64,000 nucleotides of DNA, from positions 448,001 through 512,000 of the forward strand of contig CAVZQN010000001.1 of assembly GCA_963777505.1 (NCBI GenBank), read 5' to 3'. Made by a program: the position numbers and the translations under genes. Numbering within the stretch: position 1 is the first letter of the stretch; each line of letters starts with the position of its first letter. Source of the stretch: an uncultured bacterium (lineage in GTDB: Bacteria; Acidobacteriota; HRBIN11; JAKEFK01). The notes under the pieces were generated by a model, which was given only the letters and a program-made list of their open reading frames with translations, was not told the DNA's origin and made no database searches. This document shows positions 1 to 10,869 of the stretch, in pieces.

Positions 1-131
1 ATATCGCCGTAAAAAAGCTGGCTATCCAAAATACTAAGCTGAAAAAGTTAGAAATCGACGAGTTAACTGTCGGCCGTCTAAGCTTAAAAGAATACCCTGA
101 ATCAGTGTTCTCGCAGAAGCCTGAGCTTTGA
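1..131 (+). CDS. 3' end of small hypothetical protein (truncated by window edge)
   Basis: Open frame from nt 3 reads IAVKKLAIQNTKLKKLEIDELTVGRLSLKEYPESVFSQKPEL, with TGA at 129-131. Confidence 0.5.
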   Translation, partial: IAVKKLAIQNTKLKKLEIDELTVGRLSLKEYPESVFSQKPEL

Positions 132-156
132 TTTATTATAGTTGAAGGAAAAGATT

Positions 157-831
157 ATGCTTACATTGATTCGCGGCCGCACAAATTGATGACTGCCTTC
201 CGAAGAATTTAGAAAGATCGTATCCGCCTTTGAAGCCGTTGTTGTCGACATCGGTACCGGGGATGGATTGTTTATCTACCATCAAGCCAAACAAAATCCG
301 AACAAGCTTTGCATCGGTATCGATCCTAATACGAAACCGCTCGAAAAAATTTCTACTAAGATTTGCCGGAATCCTGCGAAAGGCGGAGCTCCAAACGCTC
401 TATACGTTCAGGCTTCTGTGGAAGACCTTCCTGAAGAACTAAATGGAATTGCAAATGAAATTCACATTCTATTTCCCTGGGGCAGTCTGCTTGCCGGTGT
501 TACAAATGCTGGCTCCCCCATGTTGGAAAACATAAAGAAAATCTGTACGCCAGGAGCCACTCTTCGGATTATGATGGCGTTAGAATCGAAGAAAGACCAG
601 AGTGAAATACAAAGACTTGACCTGCCAGAGCTTTCAAAGGAATTCGTTGAATCATTTCTGGTTCCGCGTTACGAATCAGCAGGATTTAATGTACTTCAAA
701 CGCAATCGATTTCATTCTCCGAACTCGCCGCTCTTCCAACTACCTGGGCAAAAAGACTGCAGCATAATAAGGAGCGATCCGTATTGCTTTTGACTGCAAG
801 TCGAAGCGTTGTAGGCAGTATCAAAAGATAG
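157..831 (+). CDS. 16S rRNA (adenine-1408-N1)-methyltransferase, NpmA/KamB family
   Basis: ATG157 is in frame with ORF 268..831 but TGA-TGA at 187-192 interrupts it. Motifs VVVDIGTGDG, IGIDP, PAKGG.PN, FPWGSLL and TTWAKRL match NpmA/KamB. Confidence 0.8.
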
Positions 832-869
832 CCAGCCATTTGCAACGTATATGATAAAGTACTCTGCAC

Positions 870-3529
870 ATGATAGGCGAAACTGTATCCCATTATCGCA
901 TTCTCAATAAACTTGGCGGAGGCGGAATGGGAGTTGTTTATGAAGCGGAAGATACCGAGCTTGGCCGCCATGTTGCGTTAAAATTCCTGCCTGATCACAT
1001 GGGAAATGATCAAATTACGCTGGATCGTTTCCGCCGTGAAGCCCGAGCAGCATCAGCACTCAATCATCCGAACATTTGTGTGATCCATGAAATCGGGCAG
1101 CACGAAGGACGTCCTTTCATCGCAATGGAATTGATGGAAGGACACACTTTGAAATATGCCATCGGCGGCAAACCGATGGACATCGATCAGACGATTGAGT
1201 TCGGAATCCAAATTGCAGATGCGCTCGATGGAGCACACTCGAAAGGGATTGTTCACAGAGATATCAAACCTGCAAATATTTTCGTTACTGCACGCGGACA
1301 TGCGAAACTTCTCGATTTTGGATTAGCGAAGCAAACCACATCCGAAACAGAACCCAATACTGAAAATGCAAACAGCCAGCGTTCCGGATCAACTCACAAA
1401 ATCAGGATCCACAATGGGAACCGTTTCATACATGTCACCGGAACAAGCGCGTGGAAAAGATCTGGATGCGCGTACTGATCTGTTTTCATTCGGTGTTGTT
1501 CTTTATGAAATGGTCACTGGAGTCTTACCATTCTCCGGACAAAACCCGGGAGAGATTCTGGAATCCATCTTTACAAAGCAACCTGTTGCACCAGTACGAT
1601 TGAATCAAAAAGTTCCCGCCGAACTTGAACGGATCATTAATAAGTGTTTAGAAAAGGATAGGAATCTTCGATACAGCAGTGCTGCAGAATTACGAACCGA
1701 TCTTCAGCGGTTAAAAAGGGATACAGTTCATTCCAGCATCTCAAGCGGTCAAACAGCTGCATCAAAACCATCACGAAATAGATTATGGCTTTTCGCAGTG
1801 ATCGGTTTCATTCTGTTAGCTGCAGGAATTTCCTGGTTCATGCGAGACAAATCCACGGAGGTTTCATCTACACAAAAGTAAACGTACCATGCTTGCGGTT
1901 CTTCCTTTTGAGAACCTCGGGACGGCGGAAGATCAATATTTTGCAGCGGGAATGACCGATGAAATTACCAGCCGTTTATCTACCGTTCCTCAACTTGGGG
2001 TCATTTCACGAACGAGTGCAATGCAATATGACAAAACGAAAAAAAGTCTAAAACAAATCGGGCAGGAACTTGGAGTTGATTATGTGCTGGAAGGAAGCAT
2101 TCGATGGAGTCATTCAGCAGATCTCAGTAAAGTTCGTGTCACACCACAGTTAGTTCGCGTAGCCGACGATACCCAAATCTGGTCCAATATTTACGATCGC
2201 GTCATCAATGATGTATTTCAGGTTCAATCAGAGATTGCGCAAAACGTCATTACACAACTGGGAATTACATTGCTTGAGCCGCAAAAAGCTACGTTAACCG
2301 AAGCGCCAACTCAAAATGTCGAAGCGTATCAATATTACTTGCGCGGCCAGGAACTCGCTATTTCGCCTTCCTATGATCTGACTATGTTCGAAGAAATGAT
2401 CCAGAACTTTCAAGATGCTGTAAGACTGGATGCTAATTTTGCCTTAGCCCATGCGAAGTTAGGAATCGCGCAGCTTCAACTGTTCCACGAAGGCTACGAT
2501 ACATCAACTCAACGCTTAGAGACAGCGAAATCGTCAATTGATAAAGCGCTTCAGCTGAATCCGAATTTGGCGGAGGCAAGGCTTGCGCTTGGGTATTACT
2601 ACTATTACGGATTCACAGATTATGAACGAGCATTGCAGGAATTTAATCCAGCACTGGCCGCATCTCCGAACAATACGGAGGTATTATCTGCGATTGCATA
2701 TGTTGAAAGAAGACAAGGAAAATTTGAAGATTCCATCCGTCATTTGAAAAATGCCATGGAACTGGATCCTCGCAATCCCAACATCGCTGCGAATATTTCT
2801 GTGGTCCTGGCGCGTATGCGCAGGTATCAGGAAGCCGAAACGTATATAGACATGGCGCTCCGTCTCGCTCCTGATCAAGTTTATACCTACGGGATGAAAT
2901 TGTTGAATACACTTCACTGGAAAGGGGACCTCAAAAAGTGTCGAAGAATTCTTGAACGAATGCCTGAAAGAGAACCCGCATTTTACAATTGGTTCTGGAT
3001 ATTCCAAGAAACAAATGAACGAAAATATGAAGCCGCTCTAAACCGGTTAGACCGGATACCCATAGAAATATTTCAGGAAGAGTCTAGATTCGCACCAAAG
3101 TCTTTAATGCGCGCTGAAGTACTTTCTCTGATGAAACAAAACGAAGCTGCGCGTGCGGAATACGAAAAAGCTCGAATTTTTCTGGAAGAAGCAGTAAAGG
3201 AAAAATCGGACTATGCCGCTGTGTATTCATCATTGGGTAAAGCATATGCAGGGCTCGGACGAAAGGAAGATGCGATCCGCAATGGCAAAAAGGCGATGGA
3301 ATTGGTTCCATTGTCGATCGATAAGTTTATGGCGCCAGATTATATAGCTGACATGGCTCAGATATATGTCATGGTTGGCGAATACGATCAGGCACTGAAT
3401 GAAATCGAAACGCTGTTCCGTGAACAATCCTGGTTTTCAGTCAATGGATTGAAACTCCAACCCATGTGGGATCCGTTACGAGACCATCCACGCTACAAAC
3501 AAATCATTCAGAAGTACTCAAAAAATTAG
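870..3529 (+). CDS. Ser/Thr protein kinase with TM segment, TolB-N-like domain and TPR repeats (split into 3 ORFs by frameshifts)
   Basis: 870..1478 has [17 protein letters not shown]; 1366..1881 has [10 protein letters not shown] and a TM helix; 1889..3529 has LAVLPFENL plus TPRs. Confidence 0.85.
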
Positions 3530-4010
3530 GCTGCACAGTTGCGTTCTGTTTTGCATAATCGGTTGAACTGAGAACCACCATCAAGAATATTACACAGCCA
3601 ATTCCATAGAGCGATAAAAATATTCCATCAATCGATAACCATACGTTCAGGATTTGCTTGTTAGGAATGTAATAAAATGCTGGCGAGATTGAATCAAGCA
3701 AACGATAACCGAAAATTCCGTTGAGCAGTACACCTAACACAGCAGTCACACAACAGTAAAAGTGCGACTTCGCTAAACGTAAAGATGGTGATCTACCGTT
3801 TGACCATCGCGGAATGGCATTGTAAACAAGCCCAAACAATGTCATTCCGATCCAGCCAAGCAGAGCAACATGTCCATGAATGGGCGCCCATGGGCATGCA
3901 ACTTTAACGCCTCCCATCAGGTAGTGACCAAGCGGGCCATACCCTGTCAGTAACCCAAGCACAAGAAGTCCTGAGCCCCACCGGATAAATCGCAACGCCA
4001 GCGTTTCCAT
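3504..4010 (-). CDS. membrane protein, cytochrome c oxidase subunit-I-like (HxH-LLGW) hypothetical
   Basis: About 4 hydrophobic segments; motif PIHGHVALLGWIGMTLFGLVY; GGAGG RBS before ATG4010. Confidence 0.5.
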   Translation of the reverse strand: METLALRFIRWGSGLLVLGLLTGYGPLGHYLMGGVKVACPWAPIHGHVALLGWIGMTLFGLVYNAIPRWSNGRSPSLRLAKSHFYCCVTAVLGVLLNGIFGYRLLDSISPAFYYIPNKQILNVWLSIDGIFLSLYGIGCVIFLMVVLSSTDYAKQNATVQPNFLSTSE

Positions 4011-4055
4011 GATTGCACCTCCAATCAATAGAATATCCGGAATCGCGATTTGTGA

Positions 4056-4550
4056 TTAGTCGCGATTGATCCGGCACGCGAAACATCCATAGACAGGAAA
4101 ACGCGCATCAACAAAGGCAGTTTCTGGTAACGCAAGAAAACGCTCCAGCACATTTTGGGCGTCAACATTTTGAACAAGAGCAGCATCAATAATTTCTTCC
4201 CGCTCATTGTATGCACGTAAAACGAATTGTTCGCGCAAATAAGGCTCTGGTTCCGGCTGAGTCAAAGGCAATTCGTTCCGTCGAACTTCTTCATCCGAAG
4301 GTTGTGCGAGCACAAAGATCGGCCCGTATTCTTTGTACGGTCCGCTTTGAGTGAATGCACAAAAGCTGGCGAGGATTACTTCTTCACCCGGGCGTGAGCG
4401 TCTCAAAACATCTCTGCACGGATCACCTCCAGTTTCCGATCGATAGCGTTTCACCGGTTGATTCTGCGCATCCAATCCAGTTTCTCTGACCTTCACAAGA
4501 AAATCTGCTGGAATCTCATTGATGTAAATTGCCGTCTTCACGATATTCAT
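4056..4550 (-). CDS. DUF1203 domain protein
   Basis: PCRDVLR, PYKEYGPIFV, LRAY and GCFACRI motifs. Confidence 0.75.
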   Translation of the reverse strand: MNIVKTAIYINEIPADFLVKVRETGLDAQNQPVKRYRSETGGDPCRDVLRRSRPGEEVILASFCAFTQSGPYKEYGPIFVLAQPSDEEVRRNELPLTQPEPEPYLREQFVLRAYNEREEIIDAALVQNVDAQNVLERFLALPETAFVDARFPVYGCFACRINRD

Positions 4551-4572
4551 TTTCGATTCCTCCGTTAGAATC

Positions 4573-4597
4573 GGGCGGGTCTTAGACCCGCCCCTAC
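4573..4597. repeat. REP-type palindrome with GTAG foot
   Basis: Reverse complement is GTAG-GGGCGGGTC-TAA-GACCCGCCC; sister copy at 45799. Confidence 0.75.
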
Positions 4598-4759
4598 AGT
4601 TGGCATTTTAGTCAGCCGATGAAAGCTCATCTATCCGATTCTTAGGTTCAAACTGAGATACCCGTTTGTATCAATAAACGCGTTATCCAAACTGTATTTC
4701 TCTCCGGTCAGGGACGATTTGGATGACGAAAAACTCGGATCGGTGTAATACTTCTATAT

Positions 4760-5893
4760 ATGAAGCAGCTCTCACGACGCGTCTTTGTGCAACAATCATT
4801 GTTGACGCTGCCTGCATTTTGTTTTTTGAAATGTGGAACGCAGGCAAATGCGAAAGAGGCAACTATGGAAGATGCTATGGATGAAGCGCTGGAAATGCTG
4901 GCGCGAACAGGACCTGAATATCAAGGCGGTCTTGCCAACCATGGACCTATGGCTGCCGAAGCGCTTGTCGCAATGGATCGTCCGAATTCAGTAACTCCGT
5001 GGGTGGAACGATATAAGAGTAGCTTGCAAGATCATCCATCGGCACGTACAAAAATATCCAAAACAGAATGGCGGGAAGAACTTGGTAATTTCAATCTGGC
5101 AGCTGAATGGATCGAATTCTTCGACCGTGAATTAAAAGAGAATTCATGGAAATCAGTTGTTAGTGAATGGGTCACGAATCTTGCTCCTGGATTATCGGCT
5201 GCTGCAGGTCACGGACTTCTGCGAACTGCACACATCATTCGTCGTTTAGAAAAGAAAGAAACAGAAGCGAGACGGCGTGAATTGGCAGAAGGTCTCGGAT
5301 ACTGGGCTGCACGATATCAAATACTTCCGGTTTCAGATGTAAAAGCATCGAAAGTATTACAACCATCTCAGGCTCTCAAACAAGTTCAGCTCTTGCCGTC
5401 CGAACAACGTGGCAGAGGTGGTTCCATCACTGGCGGACTTGTTCGCCTTGATGACTTCCCTCCATTTGCTCAAGCAATCAATCTTGTTGATGTATCGGTT
5501 AAACCTGATCAATTTATTTCAAACTTAACTGAAACTTTCGCGGCGCTCTACGTTGAAAATCCTTCACGCCGTTTCATTATCGCTTTCATTCATGCAGTGA
5601 CAGCGCCTAGTGCGATTCGATTGCTTCTTCCTTACTTGACACCTGAAGCGCAAAAAAGTGCGTTACGTTACGGATGGCAACTTGCAGCAGGAATCTACTC
5701 TGTATTTGCGGACAGTATGATCAGCGCTAAAACAGCGACACAAAAATACGACAAGGAAGATCTGATTGATCGTGCGGTTAAAAATGGAGATGAGCACGCA
5801 ATCAAATTTACTGAAGCTTGTTTGCGAGAGTATGCGCTGAATCCAAAACCCGTGTATTTGGAAGCGGCGAAAATGGTTTCTGATGAGCTGTAG
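4760..5893 (+). CDS. questin oxidase family (DUF4243) protein
   Basis: GLANHGPMAAEAL, GHGLLRTAH, IHAVT and GDEHAIKFTEAC motifs; SRRVFV twin-arginine-like leader. Confidence 0.7.
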   Translation: MKQLSRRVFVQQSLLTLPAFCFLKCGTQANAKEATMEDAMDEALEMLARTGPEYQGGLANHGPMAAEALVAMDRPNSVTPWVERYKSSLQDHPSARTKISKTEWREELGNFNLAAEWIEFFDRELKENSWKSVVSEWVTNLAPGLSAAAGHGLLRTAHIIRRLEKKETEARRRELAEGLGYWAARYQILPVSDVKASKVLQPSQALKQVQLLPSEQRGRGGSITGGLVRLDDFPPFAQAINLVDVSVKPDQFISNLTETFAALYVENPSRRFIIAFIHAVTAPSAIRLLLPYLTPEAQKSALRYGWQLAAGIYSVFADSMISAKTATQKYDKEDLIDRAVKNGDEHAIKFTEACLREYALNPKPVYLEAAKMVSDEL

Positions 5894-5914
5894 TTTTCCT
5901 GCTAGTGAATCGAT

Positions 5915-6272
5915 TCAGGATTGAATCGGTCTTTCCCAATCCAATACGAGACATTGTGGACAATCCTGATCTTCAGGATAGTCAATTCCTTCCTGGTGTG
6001 GACATCCCACGATTCCATCTGAAGCGACAACAGACTTCACGCCACGGCTTGTTAAATATTCAGTGATTTCCATTCCTATCTTGTCGATCATGTCGAACGT
6101 CTTCTTTATCCGCGAACCATACATTCATTTCTGGTTCTGCATTTTCAGATTCGATAAAGCCGACGGCCACTTTATTCGCAAAATTCTCGTCAGGACCATA
6201 AAATGCGAGCGTCCCTATAGGATAGCCATAAAACCCACTATCAAAATCACCCTCTTTCTTATTTTTCTTCAT
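5915..6272 (-). CDS. conserved hypothetical protein with CPH...CPxC motif (frameshifted)
   Basis: ORF 6060..6323 (GYPIGTLAFYGP) and ORF 5915..6124 (GCPHQEGIDYP...CPQC) join with one frameshift. Confidence 0.55.
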
Positions 6273-6294
6273 CTTGAATCCTGTATCCCGAAGC

Positions 6295-7309
6295 TCACTG
6301 GCAAACAGATTGTGGATTATCAATAAACTTCTGAGGTGTACCCGCGCGTTTTAGACGAGCCGCCAACAACATGTTTTTATTAAGGATTTCTGCCACGACA
6401 TATGGCTCAAAATATCCTTCAAGATTAAAAAATGTTTCTATCTTTTCTGCATTAGGCGGCATTAGAACCATCGCAGGACTTTCCTGGAGGCCCAGCTTTT
6501 CAACCAGAGGTCTTGATTGTGGATTGGTTATGTCGAGTCTTACAAAGATCGCACAAGGCACAAGTGACGCCATGTAAGGACTGTAGGGTACACTTTCCTC
6601 AAACTTCTTGTTGGAAGGCCCTTCCTGATAGAACCAAACGATAAGAAATAGTTGACGCTCATAAGCAAGGTTGTATGCTTCGTTAAAATTAGATAGCCAT
6701 TCGATCTTATTGTTTGAGGATCTTTGCCTTTTCAGCCGATCGATCTCGGTTTCCCAATAAGGTCGCAAATCGTTGTTTAACTGAAAACATTTTTCGAAAT
6801 CATTTTCGGCCATCGGATCTATTCTCATTCGAAGGAAAAACACTGCCTCTAACGCAATATGCTTCTGCGACTTCCGGATTTAATGAAATTACTTTTTTAG
6901 CATCCTCAAAAGCAAGATCAGGGTCTCCAAGATTCAGATGCGTTAAGCTTCGACCAAAGTAAGCATCCATAGAATCCGGATCCCTCCTTACCGCTTCATC
7001 AAAGTCATTGAGTGCGGCGCCGAGATAACCAACAAGATAATTCGCAACTCCACGTGCACCATAAGCCGATGAAAGGCTCTTATCTTTTGTTTCAAATAAC
7101 ATCTTGCCCTTTAATGATTCAATGACTTTATCCAATACGACGATTGCTTCCTTGTATTTCCCTTCCTTGATTAACGCCACGCCTTCTTTGAGATTCTGCT
7201 GTCCTTTAAAACGCTTCTCTATGTCTTCCCTAAACGTCTGCGCGTGAAGCGTGCTAAAAGAAACCACTATAAGAATCAAAATTGTTACGGTCTTAAATGT
7301 TGTTCTCAT
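6295..7309 (-). CDS. secreted TPR protein with C-terminal thioredoxin-like region (probably one frameshifted gene)
   Basis: 6800..7309 has a signal peptide and TPRs. 6295..6843 continues the TPR (AENDFEKCFQLN) and then a thioredoxin-like pattern lacking CxxC. Confidence 0.55.
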
Positions 7310-7325
7310 TTTGTTGATCGGTATT

Positions 7326-7748
7326 TTATCGACTCTTTTTAATTTTTTTAGAACGTTTTTTCGGACTGCCTTTTGCGGTTTTCTTTTTGACAGGTGAAGC
7401 TTTCATCGATTTCGGCCTTGCATGACGCGGCTGATAAACGCCAAGTTTTCCACCGCCTGGCAAAGTTACATTTGTCAGGATTCCCCAGCCTTGATCCTCA
7501 ACAGCTGCGCATTTGATTCCACGTTTCCGCATTTCTGAGACAAACGAATTAACGTCATCACACATTAAATAAAATTCGTGGACGTTGTTTTTATCAGAAG
7601 GATGAAAAGCTACTTCCGCAGGCGGCAATCCAAAAATCAACCATCCACCACCTACATCAACACCAGGAAATTTCAATACATCGCGCAGGAAGGCCCGATC
7701 CGAATCAGGATCTTTACTATAGATAATAGAATGCGCACCAATTATCAT
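7326..7748 (-). CDS. VOC/glyoxalase family protein
   Basis: GAHSIIYSKDP, EVAFHP and DQGWG...LPGGGKLGVYQP motifs; Lys-rich tail. Confidence 0.75.
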   Translation of the reverse strand: MIIGAHSIIYSKDPDSDRAFLRDVLKFPGVDVGGGWLIFGLPPAEVAFHPSDKNNVHEFYLMCDDVNSFVSEMRKRGIKCAAVEDQGWGILTNVTLPGGGKLGVYQPRHARPKSMKASPVKKKTAKGSPKKRSKKIKKSR

Positions 7749-7877
7749 TGTCGCTTCTCCTTTACCGGCGATGTTAGCATAAAATAAATGGGAAATAATG
7801 TTCGTTTTTGAACATCAAAAATCCCTAATATGAACATTTTCAGGCGCAATTGGAAAACTCTTACGACCTGACCCGAT

Positions 7878-7893
7878 TGGCATTTCGCTTGCT
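7878..7893 (+). promoter_or_regulatory. sigma54 (-24/-12) promoter
   Basis: TGGCATTTCGCTTGCT (GG-N10-GC) ending 12 bp before ATG7906. Confidence 0.6.
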
Positions 7894-7905
7894 GGGCTGA
7901 CAAGC

Positions 7906-10326
7906 ATGGAAACCATATTTCAAGATATTCGATACGCACTCCGCATGATGTTCAAAAATCCGGGCTTTACCATAATTGCCCTTCTAACCCTGGGATTAGG
8001 AATCGGAGCGAACACCGCAATTTTCAGCATTGTAAATACCTTACTCCTTCGTCCATTGCCTTATGGAAATCCCGAAAGGATCGTAATGGTCTGGCAGGAT
8101 TACACAAAACGAACCGGCCGAGAGCGCGAATGGACATCTCCTGATACTTTTTTTGATTGGCGCGCACAAAATCAGGTTTTTGAAGGAATTTCTGCTCTGG
8201 ATGCATGGCTTCCAACAATTATTGCAGAACAACCAGAACAGCTTGCAGGTGCGCTTGTGAACTACAACATGTTTTCGATTCTTGGAGTTCAACCTTCACT
8301 CGGACGGAACTTCACTAAAGAAGAAGACGTACCGAATGGCCCCAGGGTTGTAATTTTGAGCGATGGTCTCTGGAAAAGGAAATTTGCGGCAGACTCAAAA
8401 ATAATCGGCAAAAATCTGCTGATTGATGGACAACAATTTAACGTCATTGGAGTCATGCCTCATGATTTTGAATTTCCGATGGAACCCTCTGCGCAACTCT
8501 GGACACCAATGCAGGTGGATTCAACAAATTCTTGCGGCCGTGGATGCATCACACTGCGAACAATCGCCAGATTGAAACCTGGCGTGAGTCTACAGCAAGC
8601 AACATCCGACATGAAAGTGATCACAAAAAGATTGGCACAGCAATATCCTGAAGAGTATCGCGACGTTGGAATCATATTACTTCCATTGCAGGAACAACTG
8701 ACTGAAGATATTCGGCCAGCACTTCTTCTTTTGCTTGGCGCAGTGGGTCTTGTTCTATTGATTGCCTGCGCCAACATTGCAAATCTACTTCTTGCCCGAG
8801 CATCAAAACGACGCACTGAAATTGCAGTCCGTTCCGCTCTAGGTGCAAGCAAACTTCGATTAATGCGCCAACTCATGACTGAAAATTTATTGCTTGCTCT
8901 TATCGGTGGAATCGTTGGAATTTTTCTTGGGGTTCAAGGATTGCAAATTCTGATTGGGCTTTTGCCGGACGATATTCAAATCATAGGACTTAGACATATT
9001 GGTATCGATATAACTGTTCTTGGTTTCACACTCGCGCTTTCATTGATCACTGGAATCATTTTCGGATTACTGCCACTCATACAATTTACTGATCCAGGAA
9101 TGGGAGAATCTCTAAAAGAAGCCGGCAAAAACCGGGCCTCAGCAGGCGGAAGCCGCATTAGAAGTATTCTTGTCGTTTCCGAAGTTGCATTCGCATTGAT
9201 GTTACTTGTCGGAGCTGGATTGCTCATGAAAAGCTTTCTTCGCCTGATTAACGTGAATCCAGGATTCCGTGCAGAGAATGTTTTAACCATGCAGCTCAAT
9301 CTTCCCGAACTTCGATATCCGGAACGAGAACAGATTAATGCGTACATTTATGAACTGCTTGAAAGAGTGCAAACACTGCCCGGAGTTCTAAAAGCAGGAA
9401 CGACTTCCGTTCTTCCACTCGGTGGGAATTACACTGATACAGACTTTCTCATTGAGGGCCAATCTGAAGATACAGCAAAAGATCAGGGTGTCTGGTTTCA
9501 AATGATCAGCAAGGATTATTTACAGACTCTTGGAATTCAATTATTGAGAGGGCGTAATTTTACTGATCAAGACGGTGCAGAAGCACCAAGAGTCTTGATT
9601 GTCAGCGAATCATTTGCGAAACGCTATTTTCCAAAAGGCGATGCAATTGGAAAACGATTAAACTTCAACAATCCTGCAAAGCCATTGTGGCGTGAGATCA
9701 TTGGAATCACGGCAGACGTAAAACAATTCGGTTTGGATCGCGAAATTCCTGTTGCACTTTACTTTCATCAAAAACAAAGCGCATCTCCGTTTGTAACACT
9801 TGCGGTACGAACGACAAAAGATCCTTTAAATCTGACAAATGAAATTCGCTCTCAGGTTTGGTCCCTGGATAAAAACCTTGCAGTTTCAAACGTGCAGACG
9901 ATGGATCAAGTTGTTGCAACTACTGTAAACACGCCGCGAATCACACTGATTTTGATTGGCACTTTCGCTGCTGCAGCCCTTTTGCTGGCAGGGTTAGGTT
10001 TATATGGGGTGATCAGTTATTCAACGGCTCAACGTACAAATGAAATTGGAATCCGAATGGCGTTGGGAGCCGAACGTCGTCATGTGTTGCAAATGATTGT
10101 AAAGCAAGGAATCATCCTGACTGCAATAGGTGTTGTGATCGGTTTAGCAGGAGCTTTTTCACTAACTCGGCTTATGGAACGCCTTTTGTTTGGAGTTGAA
10201 GCTACGGATCCGCAAACGTTTATTGCGATTTCCGTTCTGCTTGCGTTAATCGCCTTAATTGCAAGTTATATTCCGGCCCATCGTGCATCCAAGGTAGATC
10301 CGGTGGAAGCTCTACGGTACGAATAA
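7906..10326 (+). CDS. ABC permease, ADOP family (duplicated MacB/FtsX)
   Basis: QDIRYALR...PGFT..., LLIACANIANLLLAR, EIGIRMALGA and DPVEALRYE; 806 aa. Confidence 0.9.
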   Translation: METIFQDIRYALRMMFKNPGFTIIALLTLGLGIGANTAIFSIVNTLLLRPLPYGNPERIVMVWQDYTKRTGREREWTSPDTFFDWRAQNQVFEGISALDAWLPTIIAEQPEQLAGALVNYNMFSILGVQPSLGRNFTKEEDVPNGPRVVILSDGLWKRKFAADSKIIGKNLLIDGQQFNVIGVMPHDFEFPMEPSAQLWTPMQVDSTNSCGRGCITLRTIARLKPGVSLQQATSDMKVITKRLAQQYPEEYRDVGIILLPLQEQLTEDIRPALLLLLGAVGLVLLIACANIANLLLARASKRRTEIAVRSALGASKLRLMRQLMTENLLLALIGGIVGIFLGVQGLQILIGLLPDDIQIIGLRHIGIDITVLGFTLALSLITGIIFGLLPLIQFTDPGMGESLKEAGKNRASAGGSRIRSILVVSEVAFALMLLVGAGLLMKSFLRLINVNPGFRAENVLTMQLNLPELRYPEREQINAYIYELLERVQTLPGVLKAGTTSVLPLGGNYTDTDFLIEGQSEDTAKDQGVWFQMISKDYLQTLGIQLLRGRNFTDQDGAEAPRVLIVSESFAKRYFPKGDAIGKRLNFNNPAKPLWREIIGITADVKQFGLDREIPVALYFHQKQSASPFVTLAVRTTKDPLNLTNEIRSQVWSLDKNLAVSNVQTMDQVVATTVNTPRITLILIGTFAAAALLLAGLGLYGVISYSTAQRTNEIGIRMALGAERRHVLQMIVKQGIILTAIGVVIGLAGAFSLTRLMERLLFGVEATDPQTFIAISVLLALIALIASYIPAHRASKVDPVEALRYE

Positions 10327-10782
10327 TTATTTAGGCCTTCGGGGCCGTTGCTTTGCCGAAACCGATTTTATAATTATTTTACGCGTGGCATTTTGTTCAA
10401 TTCCAACACGGGCACTCTTTAGCGCAAGATTCATCATTGCCTTTACATCCGGTTGATCTAAATCTTTTGCACTTTCCAGCACAATATGCCGCACGACATT
10501 GCCACTTCCTTTAAGTAATTTCTTCGGATCCGCAAGGCTTGCTCCTTGTAGAAAAAATAAATTTATCCATCGCGGATACAGTACGATTGAGAAAATCGCA
10601 TCCGATGCGCGTTCATTTGGACCGAACCCGATTACAAGAGCATTGTAGTTGTCGTACACCATTTCCACGGCGCCAGGTAAACGTTTGCGCATTTTCTTAA
10701 GCGCTTCTTGCGCCAATTTAGCAACTTCAGGTGTAAATCGAGCTATAAAACGATTCAGTTCTTTATCTGCTGTTTTTAACAT
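10327..10782 (-). CDS. DUF1801-like protein
   Basis: EMVYDNYNALVIGF and LADPKKLLKGSGNVVRHI motifs. Confidence 0.6.
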   Translation of the reverse strand: MLKTADKELNRFIARFTPEVAKLAQEALKKMRKRLPGAVEMVYDNYNALVIGFGPNERASDAIFSIVLYPRWINLFFLQGASLADPKKLLKGSGNVVRHIVLESAKDLDQPDVKAMMNLALKSARVGIEQNATRKIIIKSVSAKQRPRRPK

Positions 10783-10869
10783 TCCGCTCTGAGTCTCATA
10801 AGCTTTGAGCCTTTGCGGTTAGACATGATGTTGAACTCGTCGCCATGGCGCCAAGAAGTACGACAAAAT

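Noticed and set aside
187-192. Tandem in-frame TGA as selenocysteine or recoding
   Set aside because: The position is non-catalytic, TGA serves as a normal stop elsewhere in the window, and compensating indel errors explain it more simply
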